In this document: in pieces, positions 1 through 10,744 of the stretch
Layout: every line of letters begins with the position of its first letter
Numbering within the stretch: position 1 is the stretch's first letter
NCBI GenBank assembly: GCA_951406725.2
Contig: OX597825.1
Span: 43,462,001-43,526,000 of the forward strand
From: Octopus vulgaris
Lineage: Eukaryota
DNA: 64,000 nucleotides
Direction: 5' to 3'
Notes under the pieces: generated by a model
Seen by the model: only the letters and a program-made list of their open reading frames with translations
Database searches by the model: none
Told to the model about the DNA's origin: nothing
Position numbers and translations under genes: made by a program

Positions 1-1659
1 ATCATCACCATATGTGATCACATTGTCTCGATCGTTCAGGTGAACGGTTCCTTTCGAAGCCGTTCTGCATCAAGCGCTCGGTTCGTCAAGAATTCCCCCT
101 CTCCACACCTCTATACGTACTAGCCCACGAGGCTCTGCTGCAGAAGTTGAAGGCGATAAGGGGCGTCCCGCGTAATTTAGATCGTGGTAAGTCTATGACG
201 GCGTATGCGGATGATATCATCATCATCATACCCGAGGTCAATCACCTACAGAGAGTATGTGAGGCCATTAAATAGTACGAGGCAGTGGCAGGAGCAAAAT
301 TTAACCGTGAAAAATCAGTCGGGTTGCAGCTCAGCACTTGGAGAGGCAAGATGATACCTCCCAACAACGTCGTGGGCCGTTGGACGGAGGGGCCGCTTAA
401 AATGCTTGGGGTCTGGTTTGGATCGGATCTCCAGATAGAGAAGAATTGGAGTGAGGTGACGAATAAAGTGGACGCTCTAATTCAGACCTGGTCTGAGCGA
501 TGGTTATCCTTGAAAAGGAGGGCCGTGGTTGCAAATGTGTATACCGCATCTGTAATTATCTGATACGTAACAGTCGTTCCTTTCCCTAATTTGTGGCTGG
601 ATAAGCTGGAACTTTTCCGCTTTTTGTGGAAAGGCTGCAGACCACTTGTGAGGTGCTCTATCTGTTGCCAACAGCCGCTTAAGGTTGGGCTAGGAATGCC
701 GTGTCTAATAATGCGTAGGCAAGCGCTGAGGCTAAGGCATCTCTGGCTCTACCTGGATGGTGAACAGGTGTGGTCTCCGTTCCTCAAATCGATGTTTCCA
801 AGGTTTGCCAGTTTTGGTAGACTTGAACAATGGATCAAGCGTAAATCAAGGTTAGGTGTCTGGCAAGCCGAGTGCCGTGCGGCATTCGTGCTCTTCGGTC
901 GCGCGGGCAACGCCAGAGGATTTGGTTCCACTGCATCCTTTTATAGAATGTTGGTAGAAGTTAAATGCGACGATACTCTGGGGAAAAAACCTGGGTCACG
1001 ATAGTAATCAACTTGCGGGCCTGTTCCAAAGAACATTCGGGCCGGGACCTATGGACAGCTTCCAGAGGTCTCTAGCCTGGCATTGTTTCCGACGAGCCTT
1101 GCCTGTTCGGGATAAACTTGCAAAGCAGGTGCTAGAGTCTTGCCTACCTGTCCAAGATACGAGCAGGACAAAGAAACTGTTTTGCACGCAATTGTAAAGT
1201 GTCCGGAATTTCGGAGATGTGGGTCAATGACGAACAGCTGCAGTCCCGTACGAGAAAAGTACAGTTATCCTCCTAGTCAAACATAATGATTGTCCCTCCT
1301 TCCTCCTTTGACAAAGAAGGAAAGGCATATTTTCTCGCAGTGGTAGCTGTAGCAATAGAGGCTGTATGGAAAACTCGTATGAAAGGTGTGGCGACAGGCG
1401 ACTTCATCTTCAGCCTGGGACTAGTAAGTTATTTTTTACTTTTTACTTAGAAAGGAATATAAGACTAGAGCAAAGATGTCTGTTGCATGAAGTGTTTGGT
1501 GAAACATGGATGAAGGTCGTAAAAATGTTGGGGATGAGTGTCCCTACATGAATATATATTACTGAATAATCTGAAGGTCCAAGTGGAGAACCGAGGCAAA
1601 ATCGTTGTATTGTCTCTTCTATGCTGGCCCATAGTGGGTAATAAAGTAACTGAGGACAC
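1..1659 (+). mobile_element. Tx1/L1-clade non-LTR retrotransposon, 3' part of ORF2 (RT and C-terminal CCHC) plus 3' UTR; degraded
   Basis: VRQEFPLS (VRQGCPLS-like) at ~81-104; AYADDI at 201-218; GAKFNREKS and LGVWFG in ORF 285-563; FRFLWKG and GLGMP in ORF 591-1004; CPRYEQDKETVLHAIVKC at ~1149-1203; AATAAA at 1640. Many stops and frameshifts. Confidence 0.9.
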
Positions 1660-1680
1660 TTGAAATGAGGAGAGCCGAGT

Positions 1681-2633
1681 GGACGCGATCTTGTTAGGCT
1701 TGGAAGAGAAAGTGATAGTCCTCCAAGCCACATACATGACCCATAAAAACTGGCAGGGACAAGGGCTCGAGATAGTGATTCAAGCAACCCATGAAGAAAT
1801 ATGATTGAAAACATCATGGTGTAAGATGTAGTGCTGAAGGTTAAAGTGGAAGGCAGAATCCCTAGGTGTCGCCAATATGGCCAAAAGAGTCACATTAGTG
1901 TTGATTGCCCCTCACAACCTGCTGACATCAAAGACAAACAGACAGCCTCGCCTCTACCTCCACTAGAAAACAACATAGAGACATCGAAGGATCTAAAAGA
2001 CGAAGATGGATGGGAGAACATGGAAAAGAAAAAGGAAGACACAAACTGGAAGTATTGAGTCCCATCCCACGCCTACCCAGGCCCACTTTGCTACACCCTT
2101 CTCCTGCAACCACTGGTCCTCCTGCCCCGGCCGACATGACGAAAACTTGCATGCACACGCAGGTGTCCCAAATCTCCCAACACCCTACACGTAAAAGAAA
2201 AATAGAGAACAACGTGACAAAATACTTAATCTACGAACTAACGAACAATTGCTAAGTGAAATTAAGTGCTGGCATAATACGAGAGTGGTAAATACTTGGA
2301 ACGAAATCCCCAAGCATATGAGATGATACATGTGATAAAAAGAAATTGGATAGTTACGTGGATAAAGTTAAATATTTCGAAATTAAAATGGACAAAAAAG
2401 AAATGCCATTTATAAGTGCTGGTAATTTGAAAACAAACTTTGATATTAATGTATCAGACTATTGTAAAAAGTAATCAACAGTGAAATGAAGGCACCCGGG
2501 CGTGGGGCCGGACGTCATCATAACATCATTCATTTTACGTTTCATTTCACCCTTACAACCGTTTTCACCTACCTACATATTTGCCTCATCTTGTCTGTCC
2601 TTGTATTGTCCGTTTGTGGATAATAAAGAAATA
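1681..2633 (+). mobile_element. 5'-truncated ORF1-only Tx1-related element (gag-like zinc knuckle), degraded
   Basis: Reads DAILLGLEEK..HKNWQGQGLEIVIQ..LKVKVEGRIPRCRQYGQKSHISVDCP (degenerate CX2CX4HX4C), then a Pro-rich linker, a C-terminal domain ending ~2474 and a 3' UTR with AATAAA at 2622. No endonuclease or RT. Confidence 0.8.
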
Positions 2634-2654
2634 TTGAAATGAGGAGAGCCTAGT

Positions 2655-4260
2655 ACTACATTTAAGTCAATCGTCAATAGTGAGTAGAAAAGTGTTGTTA
2701 TTGGTTTTGTATCTTTTAAACGCTTTGTTAAATATCTGTTTTTGCTGCCTTACGGCGGTTTGTGGACAAATTTCGCGGGTAATACCGTACGATGGAAGGC
2801 GAAAGGTTAAGTTTGTCCGAAGGCCAATTGCTTCAAGGAATTAGTCAAATGCACAAGATAGAAGAAAAAATGAAGTTTGCGGCGGTGGCCAAAATCTACG
2901 ACATAGCTATCAATTTACAAGTCTATTCTTCGCAGGGAAGGAATGACGTAAAGGTGTCCTCTTCCCAAGAAATATTAAAGGAGGCAAAAACGGATAAGCT
3001 ACGGAACGTATTCTGTAAAAACATAGAAAATACAACAAATGAACAAAGGACAAATAGAAAAGGCTCTAAAGCCTATCTGGCCAGAAATTGCTCCCCTGGC
3101 CAGAGGAAGGAAATTTGGAATGATGGAGGTGCGATTCCGGGACGAAGCCACAGCTAAGTGACACTCGGCAACCCCACTTGAAAACGGAGGAGGTAATTCT
3201 TCTGCCCATATACCTTGGAAGACGTGCTTCCAGGGTAAGTGTAGAGGATATGCCATCAGAATTTAATATAGCTTGGCTGATGGCAGCGATACTGCTGGGC
3301 CTGGAGAATAAAATAGCGGACCTCCAAGACTCTAGCACTGCCCACAGAAATTGGCAAGGGCAGACACTGAATTTGGCAATACAGGCAGCCCCAGAGACTT
3401 GGAGGAAATAACAAAATCCATCGAGGTTGACGATACAACGCTCAGGGTTAGAGTGGAGAGAAGAACTTCTCGGTGTTACAAATGTGACCAGAAACGCCAC
3501 ATTAGGGTAAAATGCACTCCAGCGCCCGAAAAGTTCCAAGAAGCGCCGGTGTCGGAAAAAGAAACCGCACCTCCATCAACAGCGAAGAGCAACACAGAAG
3601 AATAAGGAATCTCAAGCAGAGACGAATGGGAAATATTTACAAGGAAAAGCAGAAAAAGGAGGGAAAAGGCACAGACTGTAAATGAGGACCACATTCCACA
3701 AAGCCCACTTCGTCCCACCCGTCCCTCGTAGACACCAAACCACGACCTACCCCACGGGACTGTAACAAAAGACTATAAGCATACAGGAGCCCAAAATTCC
3801 CCAGTCCCCAGCCTGTGAAAAAAGAAGAGCGGAGTACTCTTCAGTACAAAAAATGACAAAGTAGTAAAACGAATAAAAAGGTGGTCGAAACGCACAGATG
3901 TGGTCAGTACAGGTGGTAAGGGGGTGCCCCCATATTATAAGTATGCAATTGTAATTAAAATACACACAGTGGGGCTGAAGGACTATGGAAGAGACGTTAT
4001 GTACAAGCCAAAAAGTCTTAACACTGAAGATTTACCAGTGGTGGTAAGTCATGACCTTATAAACATTTTTAAAATAGACATTTTTAAAACCTAAAAAGAA
4101 GATAAATGGAGTCGCCTAGATGAGAGGACGAGCGGCTCCATTTCATTATTCCTTTTAATTATTTCATTCATCCGCTCATCCGTTTTTGTGTCCCTGCTTG
4201 TATGGTACTGTCTTTGTTTTGTCCCTTCTTCGTTGACACTTAGTGGGTATTAAAAAATCA
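2655..4260 (+). mobile_element. ORF1-only Tx1-related element with 5' UTR (gag-like zinc knuckle), degraded
   Basis: ATG at 2792; frameshifted ORFs 2792-3157, 3178-3411 (WLMAAILLGLE, RNWQGQ), 3351-3605 (CYKCDQKRHIRVKC) and 3900-4094; 3' UTR hairpin at 4107-4140 and ATTAAA at 4249. No ORF2. Confidence 0.8.
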
Positions 4261-4537
4261 TTGATATGAGGAGAGCACTGATCTGGTATCAGGAGAGGTT
4301 GGATTCATCGTTAGTGAATGTATATTAAGCGTCAACTGGACTGTTACTGGTGACTATTTTTGTATATTCTATTCACTTGATGTCCTTTTCTGGATATATT
4401 AGTGTGGACATTCAAAACAGACCAGTAATATTGATAATTGTTATTTCCTGGCTGAATAACATTTGTATTGTATAATATTGTATATTTTGTACCTTATTAA
4501 GTGTTATTGTAGTAAATTTCCAAGTAGCATTTTAACT

Positions 4538-4972
4538 CTAATTTGTGTCTTCGTTTTCTTTAAACCTTGAACGTAACACCAGTCGGGAAGAGGTCTTTGC
4601 TGTAGCTTTGATCGATCCGCTGTGACTTGAGTCCGTGGATGATTTGCCACGTGTTTTACAATCAGATGATCCACACTGCTCTGTCCTCTTCTTACAAGTC
4701 TTTCCCTGATAAATCTCTCCAAGCCTCTCCAGTTGCAAAGTTGTAAGCACTTCGTTCACTGTTCGAAGGAATAGCCGTTTCATGTCTAAGGTCATTTCTG
4801 TGTACTCTGAGTTTGATTGATTCTCGACCCCACCCTCTCGGTCAATCATGGGGATAACATTCTCATTGGTAGCTGTTACAACATGATACAGAGGCGAACT
4901 TACACTAAGATATTCACTTTCTTTACTTGTTTCATTCATTTGACTGAGGCCATGGTGAGGCACCACTTTCAA
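4538..4972 (-). CDS. Possible host exon or orphan ORF, 144 codons, product unknown
   Basis: Non-repetitive open frame with protein-like composition; no recognised domain; splice sites unconvincing. Confidence 0.25.
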   Translation of the reverse strand: MKVVPHHGLSQMNETSKESEYLSVSSPLYHVVTATNENVIPMIDREGGVENQSNSEYTEMTLDMKRLFLRTVNEVLTTLQLERLGEIYQGKTCKKRTEQCGSSDCKTRGKSSTDSSHSGSIKATAKTSSRLVLRSRFKENEDTN

Positions 4973-5143
4973 AAATGTTTTGGTCGAATAAATCGACCCC
5001 AGTACATATTTTTTAAAAGCCTTCCACTAGTTTTATCTTTTTTCCCGAACGGTTAAGTTACAGAAATGTAAACACATCAACACAGGTTGTCAAGTGTGTA
5101 TATATATATATCAAAATTTAATACTGATTAGAAGATCGAAAAT

Positions 5144-5187
5144 CCACCTGAAGATTGTCGGTAGCAGACATGAAACATTTGTAGTGG
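5144..5187 (+). ncRNA. Minimal type-I hammerhead ribozyme motif in a PLE-like repeat (~5110-5365)
   Basis: ccac-CTGAAGA-t-tgtc(ggtagca)gaca-t-GAAAC-attt-GTA-gtgg: stem I ccac/gtgg, canonical core, GUA site. Confidence 0.75.
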
Positions 5188-5359
5188 CGGTTTATTTAAT
5201 TTATATTAAAATTTTATGTATTGATTAAGTCTTTCCTTGTTTGGTTTTAAAATAGTGGTTTTGTCTCGAATTATATTATATAATTTTTTACTATAAAATT
5301 GGATTTAACCCTAAATCTGATTTTTCCCTGTAATTTTGGATTCATTCCCTAATATTTAT

Positions 5360-5414
<55 letters not shown>

Positions 5415-5578
5415 TACGACGGATTCTTTCAGTTTCCGTCTATCAAATCCACTCTCAAGTCTTTGGTCGGCCCGAATCTATAGTAGAAGACACCTGTCAA
5501 AATTGCCAAGTGATGGAACTGAACCAGGAACCAAGTGGTTGGGAAGCAAGCTTTTTACCACACAGCCACACCTGCGCC
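5415..5578 (-). mobile_element. tRNA-headed SINE, family A
   Basis: Minus-strand head GGCGCAGGTGTGGCTGTGTGGTAA..GGTTCAGTTCC (A/B-box-like); homologous copies at 14151, 25313, 31100-31503, 43755, 51357-51950, 59985. Confidence 0.8.
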
Positions 5579-8183
5579 TAAATAGGCAATGGGTGTGTAT
5601 CTATATTCCAGATGTTCTTGCTTCTTCTTTAGCGCCAAATTCAATATATTTTTCTAGTACATACCGGGTGTCCAGTCCAGTTTACTGTCGAACAAAGTAA
5701 CGAAATATTCTGGTATGTATATATGTATATATCTGATAAACCGAAGAATTTTAAGTGGTTAGTCAACATAAGACCTGGTTTTTTCATATATTCTAACACT
5801 GTCTTGCAGCGTTTTTGCATTACTCTCAATATATTTATTAAGCAAGTGAGTAGTACAGGACGACTAAAGGGTAGAAAGTGGACTTAGAATTAACTATATC
5901 AGAAAACTAACACGAACTAGCAATCAAATGTATAAATATTATTCAGCGAGTAGTGGTGGGTGGTGTTTCTGCTAGAATGAAGTAATAATGTATTGTATTC
6001 AGGTACATATGTACCACTCCCTCTTCTGACCTCAAAATTTGAGGACTATATTACTTTGCTGAAATACAATTCATGCCATTGAAATGAGGTATTGTTTTAA
6101 TTAACTACAAGCTAGCACAAAACTAAAAACAATGTTTGCATTTGAAGATTATTGCTCACCATTAGTGCATTAATTAAACTTATTAAGTAGAGAATAAATC
6201 TTACTTATAACACATTATTTTAATAGTTTTCCCTATACTCTGAATTCAAATGTCAATGGATCTGTCTTTTGATTGATATTTCTTTTGATTGATATTAACT
6301 AATTATGTATTGCTATCTCCTTTATTCTCTCATAAGTAAAAATACAATATACGTAGAGTGCTACATAGTGGCATAAATCACCATCTGATTTTGATTCCGG
6401 GTTTCAGACATTTCATTAGTCTCTGATTCGTGCGCTAAAGGCCTTATAGCCACAAAATTTTATTTTCACACTTGTAACATCCAAGTACATCTACAAAGCA
6501 AGCCCCTACCTATCTTGTCTAGTATTCAAAAATGTTTCACATGCAACCGCACAAAAATATATGTTCCATTTGTAGAGATGATGTGGAGAGTAATTTAGTT
6601 GAGAAGAATAGGCTAAAGCTATACCAATCAGGTATATTAATATGAAGATGGGTGTTACATGGCAGTCAACCTTTGAGAAATTATACCCCGCGCATTAAGA
6701 AGACGAAACAGTGTATGATAGAGTAGATGCATTCATAAAGTCCAGATATCGACGAACGCTGAGGTGTTGTAGTTTGTCACACTTTACTGTAACATACAAT
6801 GATAGAGTATAAATATTTCTCAATAAACGTTTCATTGATCTAATTTGTGTCTTACTGGATAAGCATTTGAGAGAAATCATGGAAGAAGCGTGGAGGAATT
6901 TTTCCATTTCTCTAAATAAACAGAAAGTGTGTTTCCTGTGTTAATATATATTACCAAAAGCTGTTAATTCAATAAGATCAAAACAGGGACATGCACTGAT
7001 GTTAGACAATTGATAATATAATATTTTGATAGTTGTTAGAAAAATTGTCTAAACAGTATACATGAGGTAATAGTTCAGTCTGAGTATCTGGATAGTTTAA
7101 TTAGTGTTTTCTATGAGAGTCAATATCAGAGACTGCATTTTTCCGTGACAACAAACACGATTTTTGTGCACAAATTTGGAGTATAATGCGTATCTCGAAA
7201 AGGAGAGTTAGAATAAAGTCTGCAGGAGAACAGTTTATGCTTCAGAGAGGAACTCCACGTGCAATCTGTAGGAAACTAGGATTCAAATATTTGCTACAAG
7301 CCACAAAACCTCTACTTTTTGCTAGACATGCTAAATATGGCTGCGACAGCTTTTCATTTCAGACTTCAAAGGGAATCCTATAGGCCTTGGGGTCTCTTCT
7401 GCTCGATGCAGTTTTCTACTTCGCTTCCAAACATTCTAGGCTAGTTGGACAACTTTTGGCGTGCATGCAGAAGCGCAGTACAGGCAAATGACTTAAAATG
7501 TTAGCTTTCCATCGGCACCAAACTAATAGAATACTGTGTTGGTGATATGAAAGACATACTCAAGGAAATTTAAAAAATCAAAATTTCAGAAACTATTTCT
7601 ATAAATTTTTTCTCAATATCTAATAATATATATTATTATTTTTATGCTCATGCAATGTTGAGAAAATAGATGGTGGTTATAAAGTATCTAGCCAAATGGA
7701 TGATGCGAAATCCAATAATTTACATCTGATGCAAATTATTTATGTTCAGATTGACTGTAGTTATTTAATCATAATAATAAATGTCTATGTACTGATAGAG
7801 AGGTTTATAAATAGGTTTCGAAGTTGCAAAATACGATCTACTTTATTGTTAATATGATTGAAATATACCACAGATACTTTGGAACTTTGAAACCAACGTC
7901 AATGAAATTATGTATCATGTTCGAATATGCATAATGGTTGTAGATCCAATTTCTACATAATTATGAATGACAACTTTCAAAATCTGAATAAATTATCTAA
8001 ATGCTCTAATCAGAGATTATTTATATCTACGTCTATCACATTTTCTAGTTTTGATGCACTCCACCCATGAAATTATAAATCTCTTTGTAAATTTTGGTGG
8101 GGACACTGCGAATATGTTTGAGATTAATAACATTGTCATAAAATAGATAAAGGAAACGACTTGCTACACGGTAAGAAAATATT

Positions 8184-8370
8184 TGTTTCAAATTTTGGCA
8201 CAAGGCCTGCAATTTCAGGAGAGCAAGTCGATTACATCTACCCCAGTGCTCAACTGCTACTTATTTTGTCGACCCAGAAAGGATGAGAGGCAAAGTCTCG
8301 GCGGAATTCGTAAAGACGGACGAAATGCCGCTAAGCGCAATAACGATTCTGCCAGCTCACCACCTTAGGA
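8184..8370 (-). mobile_element. SINE, family B (GAGCTGGCAGAATCGTTA head) with target-site duplication
   Basis: Homologous to copies at 9317, 18815, 19050, 27427; flanked by TAAGAAAATATT (8172) and TAAGAAGATATT (8371). Confidence 0.75.
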
Positions 8371-9163
8371 TAAGAAGATATTATAAGGCTAAGAAGCAAT
8401 GAGAAAAATAGACGTGTGCTTAATAGTAAAGATAATACAAAATCGACCATATGAAAAGAGCAGAACTGAAAAAAGCAGAAACACATATTCCGAGAAAAAT
8501 CTATGTAATATTTTAGCTATCAGAATCTTTTTCTTTTACATAAAGCACTGTATATAATGAACAAATCTATAATTTATTAAAGATATATAAATGCTGGGCA
8601 AATATGATGCTCGTATCACATTATAAGCGGATATATGCATGGCAGTTGTACAAAAGACTATTTGTATTTGCAAATCGATTGGCATTCCCAATGTTATTAT
8701 TGGTATGGACTGTATACAGAGATTATGAACGCCGAGTGTCGTAATTTGTCATATTTATTGTTATATACAATAACAAAATACAAAATTCAGGAATTTTGTG
8801 ATTGTTATAACTATTAAAGGTAAGGTTAACGAAAGTCTTTCTCCGTCATATAACTACTAAATTTCCCCTCTTTCACTAGCCTTCACATATTTTATTATCT
8901 TCCATTCCGCGTGGCTCTGTTTCTCTCCCTCTTTCTCTTTATATATATATATAATTCGTTTGAGGAAGCACACTTATAAAGTTATAAATAATAGCATATA
9001 ACTATTGAGTTGAAAACCCTTCCGAATAGAAAAGCGAAGGCAGCCCGTAGAAATAGAACCCGCATCACTTGTAGACTTGACGAGTCCTATGAACAGCCTT
9101 CGACTTTTTCTGTTGAAAAAGATTTTTCATCCAGTATTTACATTCTATTATTTATAGCTTCAT

Positions 9164-9497
9164 TTTCCACCTAGGTCGACTCTGCCATTCAACTTTTCGG
9201 GGTCGATGAATTAAGCACCAGTGAAACACTGGCCTCGATGTAATGTCTAGGCCCTTCCCTCCAAATATCAGGCCTTGTGCCTTTAGTCGTTTAGAAAGGA
9301 TTATTTATAGCTTCATGTTAGGTGGCGAGCTGGGAGAATCGTTAGTACGCCGGGCAAAATGGTTCGCCTTTACATTCCGAGGTCAATTTTCCGCCGAGGT
9401 CGATTTTACCTTTCATACTTTCGGGGTCGATTAAATAATTACCAATTGAGTACTGAGGTCGATTACATTGACTAACCACTCCCATGAAGTTGAAATC
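9164..9497 (+). mobile_element. Two tandem family-B SINE copies
   Basis: Both carry TTTCGGGGTCGAT..AAT..ACCA; bounded by three copies of ATTATTTATAGCT at 9147, 9300, 9498. Confidence 0.75.
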
Positions 9498-10413
9498 ATT
9501 ATTTATAGCTCCGTGTGAGTGCAGCGAGATAAATTATTCCAAAAAGTAATTATTTCACGTACTCTCGAAAGTGTACAAAATTGCTATGACGTTAACAGCA
9601 CGCACACACGCACGCACACACACACACTCACATATATGTACATGTATATGTACATATATTTATACATCTTAAAGGACAGTATTTATATATATATTGAAGG
9701 CGCAATAGTTAGAGCGTCAGGCTAACTATCAATCTTTACCTTTCCCTCATCGGTGGCGTGATGAGAGGAGGCTGATATGCATGGGCGACTGCTGGTCTTT
9801 CATAAATAACCTTGCCCGGATCTGACTCGGTTAGGGTGTTGCACTCACGAGTTCGAGATCGTGGTTTCAATTCCTAGACCGAGTAGTGCGTTGTGTTCTT
9901 GAGCAAAATACTTCCTCTCACTTTCCTCGGTGATCATTTTGTCACATGGTAAACAGTGCACCTATTCAGGTGATTGAGGGAATGACCTAATGTACGGCAC
10001 GTAGATTTGATCACTATAAACAAATCACTTGTGCAGGTCGTTCAGCAAAAGCTGATCACTCATACGTCCTCTTCGACGAGAGAGTCTATCATTTGTATAC
10101 TTAGCATTGTCAGAGGTTACGATCAAAATCAAAAACATTATCTGCGTGCAATTTCAATGAACTTACATGAGTTTTAGCTTCTTAGTTTTTTAGCTGAACT
10201 TTTTAAATAAAGTGTATGGCCTTCCTTATTTTTATTTTTATTTTTTATCCTTCCCTTCTTATGCTTTACTACAAAATGTCCCAGCGGCGAAATATCCGTA
10301 CAGTGAATTGTCCAGCCAATCGTCCTACAGCGGAATGCCTTACGGAGAATTGTCCTAGATCCATATATATATACTGGCATTGATGTAGCAACATTTTACA
10401 TATTGTCCAGATA

Positions 10414-10488
10414 AATCCAGCTGATGAAGACTAATCAAATTTACGGTGACAAACGTATTTGAAGAGTCTAAAACCTAGGTACTAGATT
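10414..10488 (+). ncRNA. Type-I hammerhead ribozyme motif, probably inactivated
   Basis: aatccag-CTGATGA-agact..long stem II..agtct-AAAAC(GAAAC mutated)-ctag-GTA-ctagatt; palindromic stem III ACCTAGGT; CAG|GTAAG at 10529. Confidence 0.7.
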
Positions 10489-10744
10489 ATCCGATTCTGG
10501 GTTGTCCATTTAGATAATGCTCTTCCTACAGGTAAGACAATTTTTTATGTTTACTGCTCTCACACGTCTTTGCCAGTATATACACAGTGAAGCTTTACTA
10601 TAGCGTCGTAAATGTATCAACTGCTATTTCCGGTAAACATTGGTGCCTTGTACCACTACTCTATATTTATACTTCTACCTTTACGGTGCTTTATTTTACT
10701 GGAAAGTAATACACTTCTATTGCAATATTTTATTTTTCGCATAA

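Noticed and set aside
1660-4276. Thrice-repeated motif read as a CRISPR-like repeat
   Set aside because: Spacers are 1-1.6 kb retroelements in eukaryotic DNA; no cas genes.
6380-7400. Possible decayed PLE with hammerhead remnant on the minus strand
   Set aside because: CTAATGA..GAAACCCGG lacks stems and no RT motif could be read reliably.
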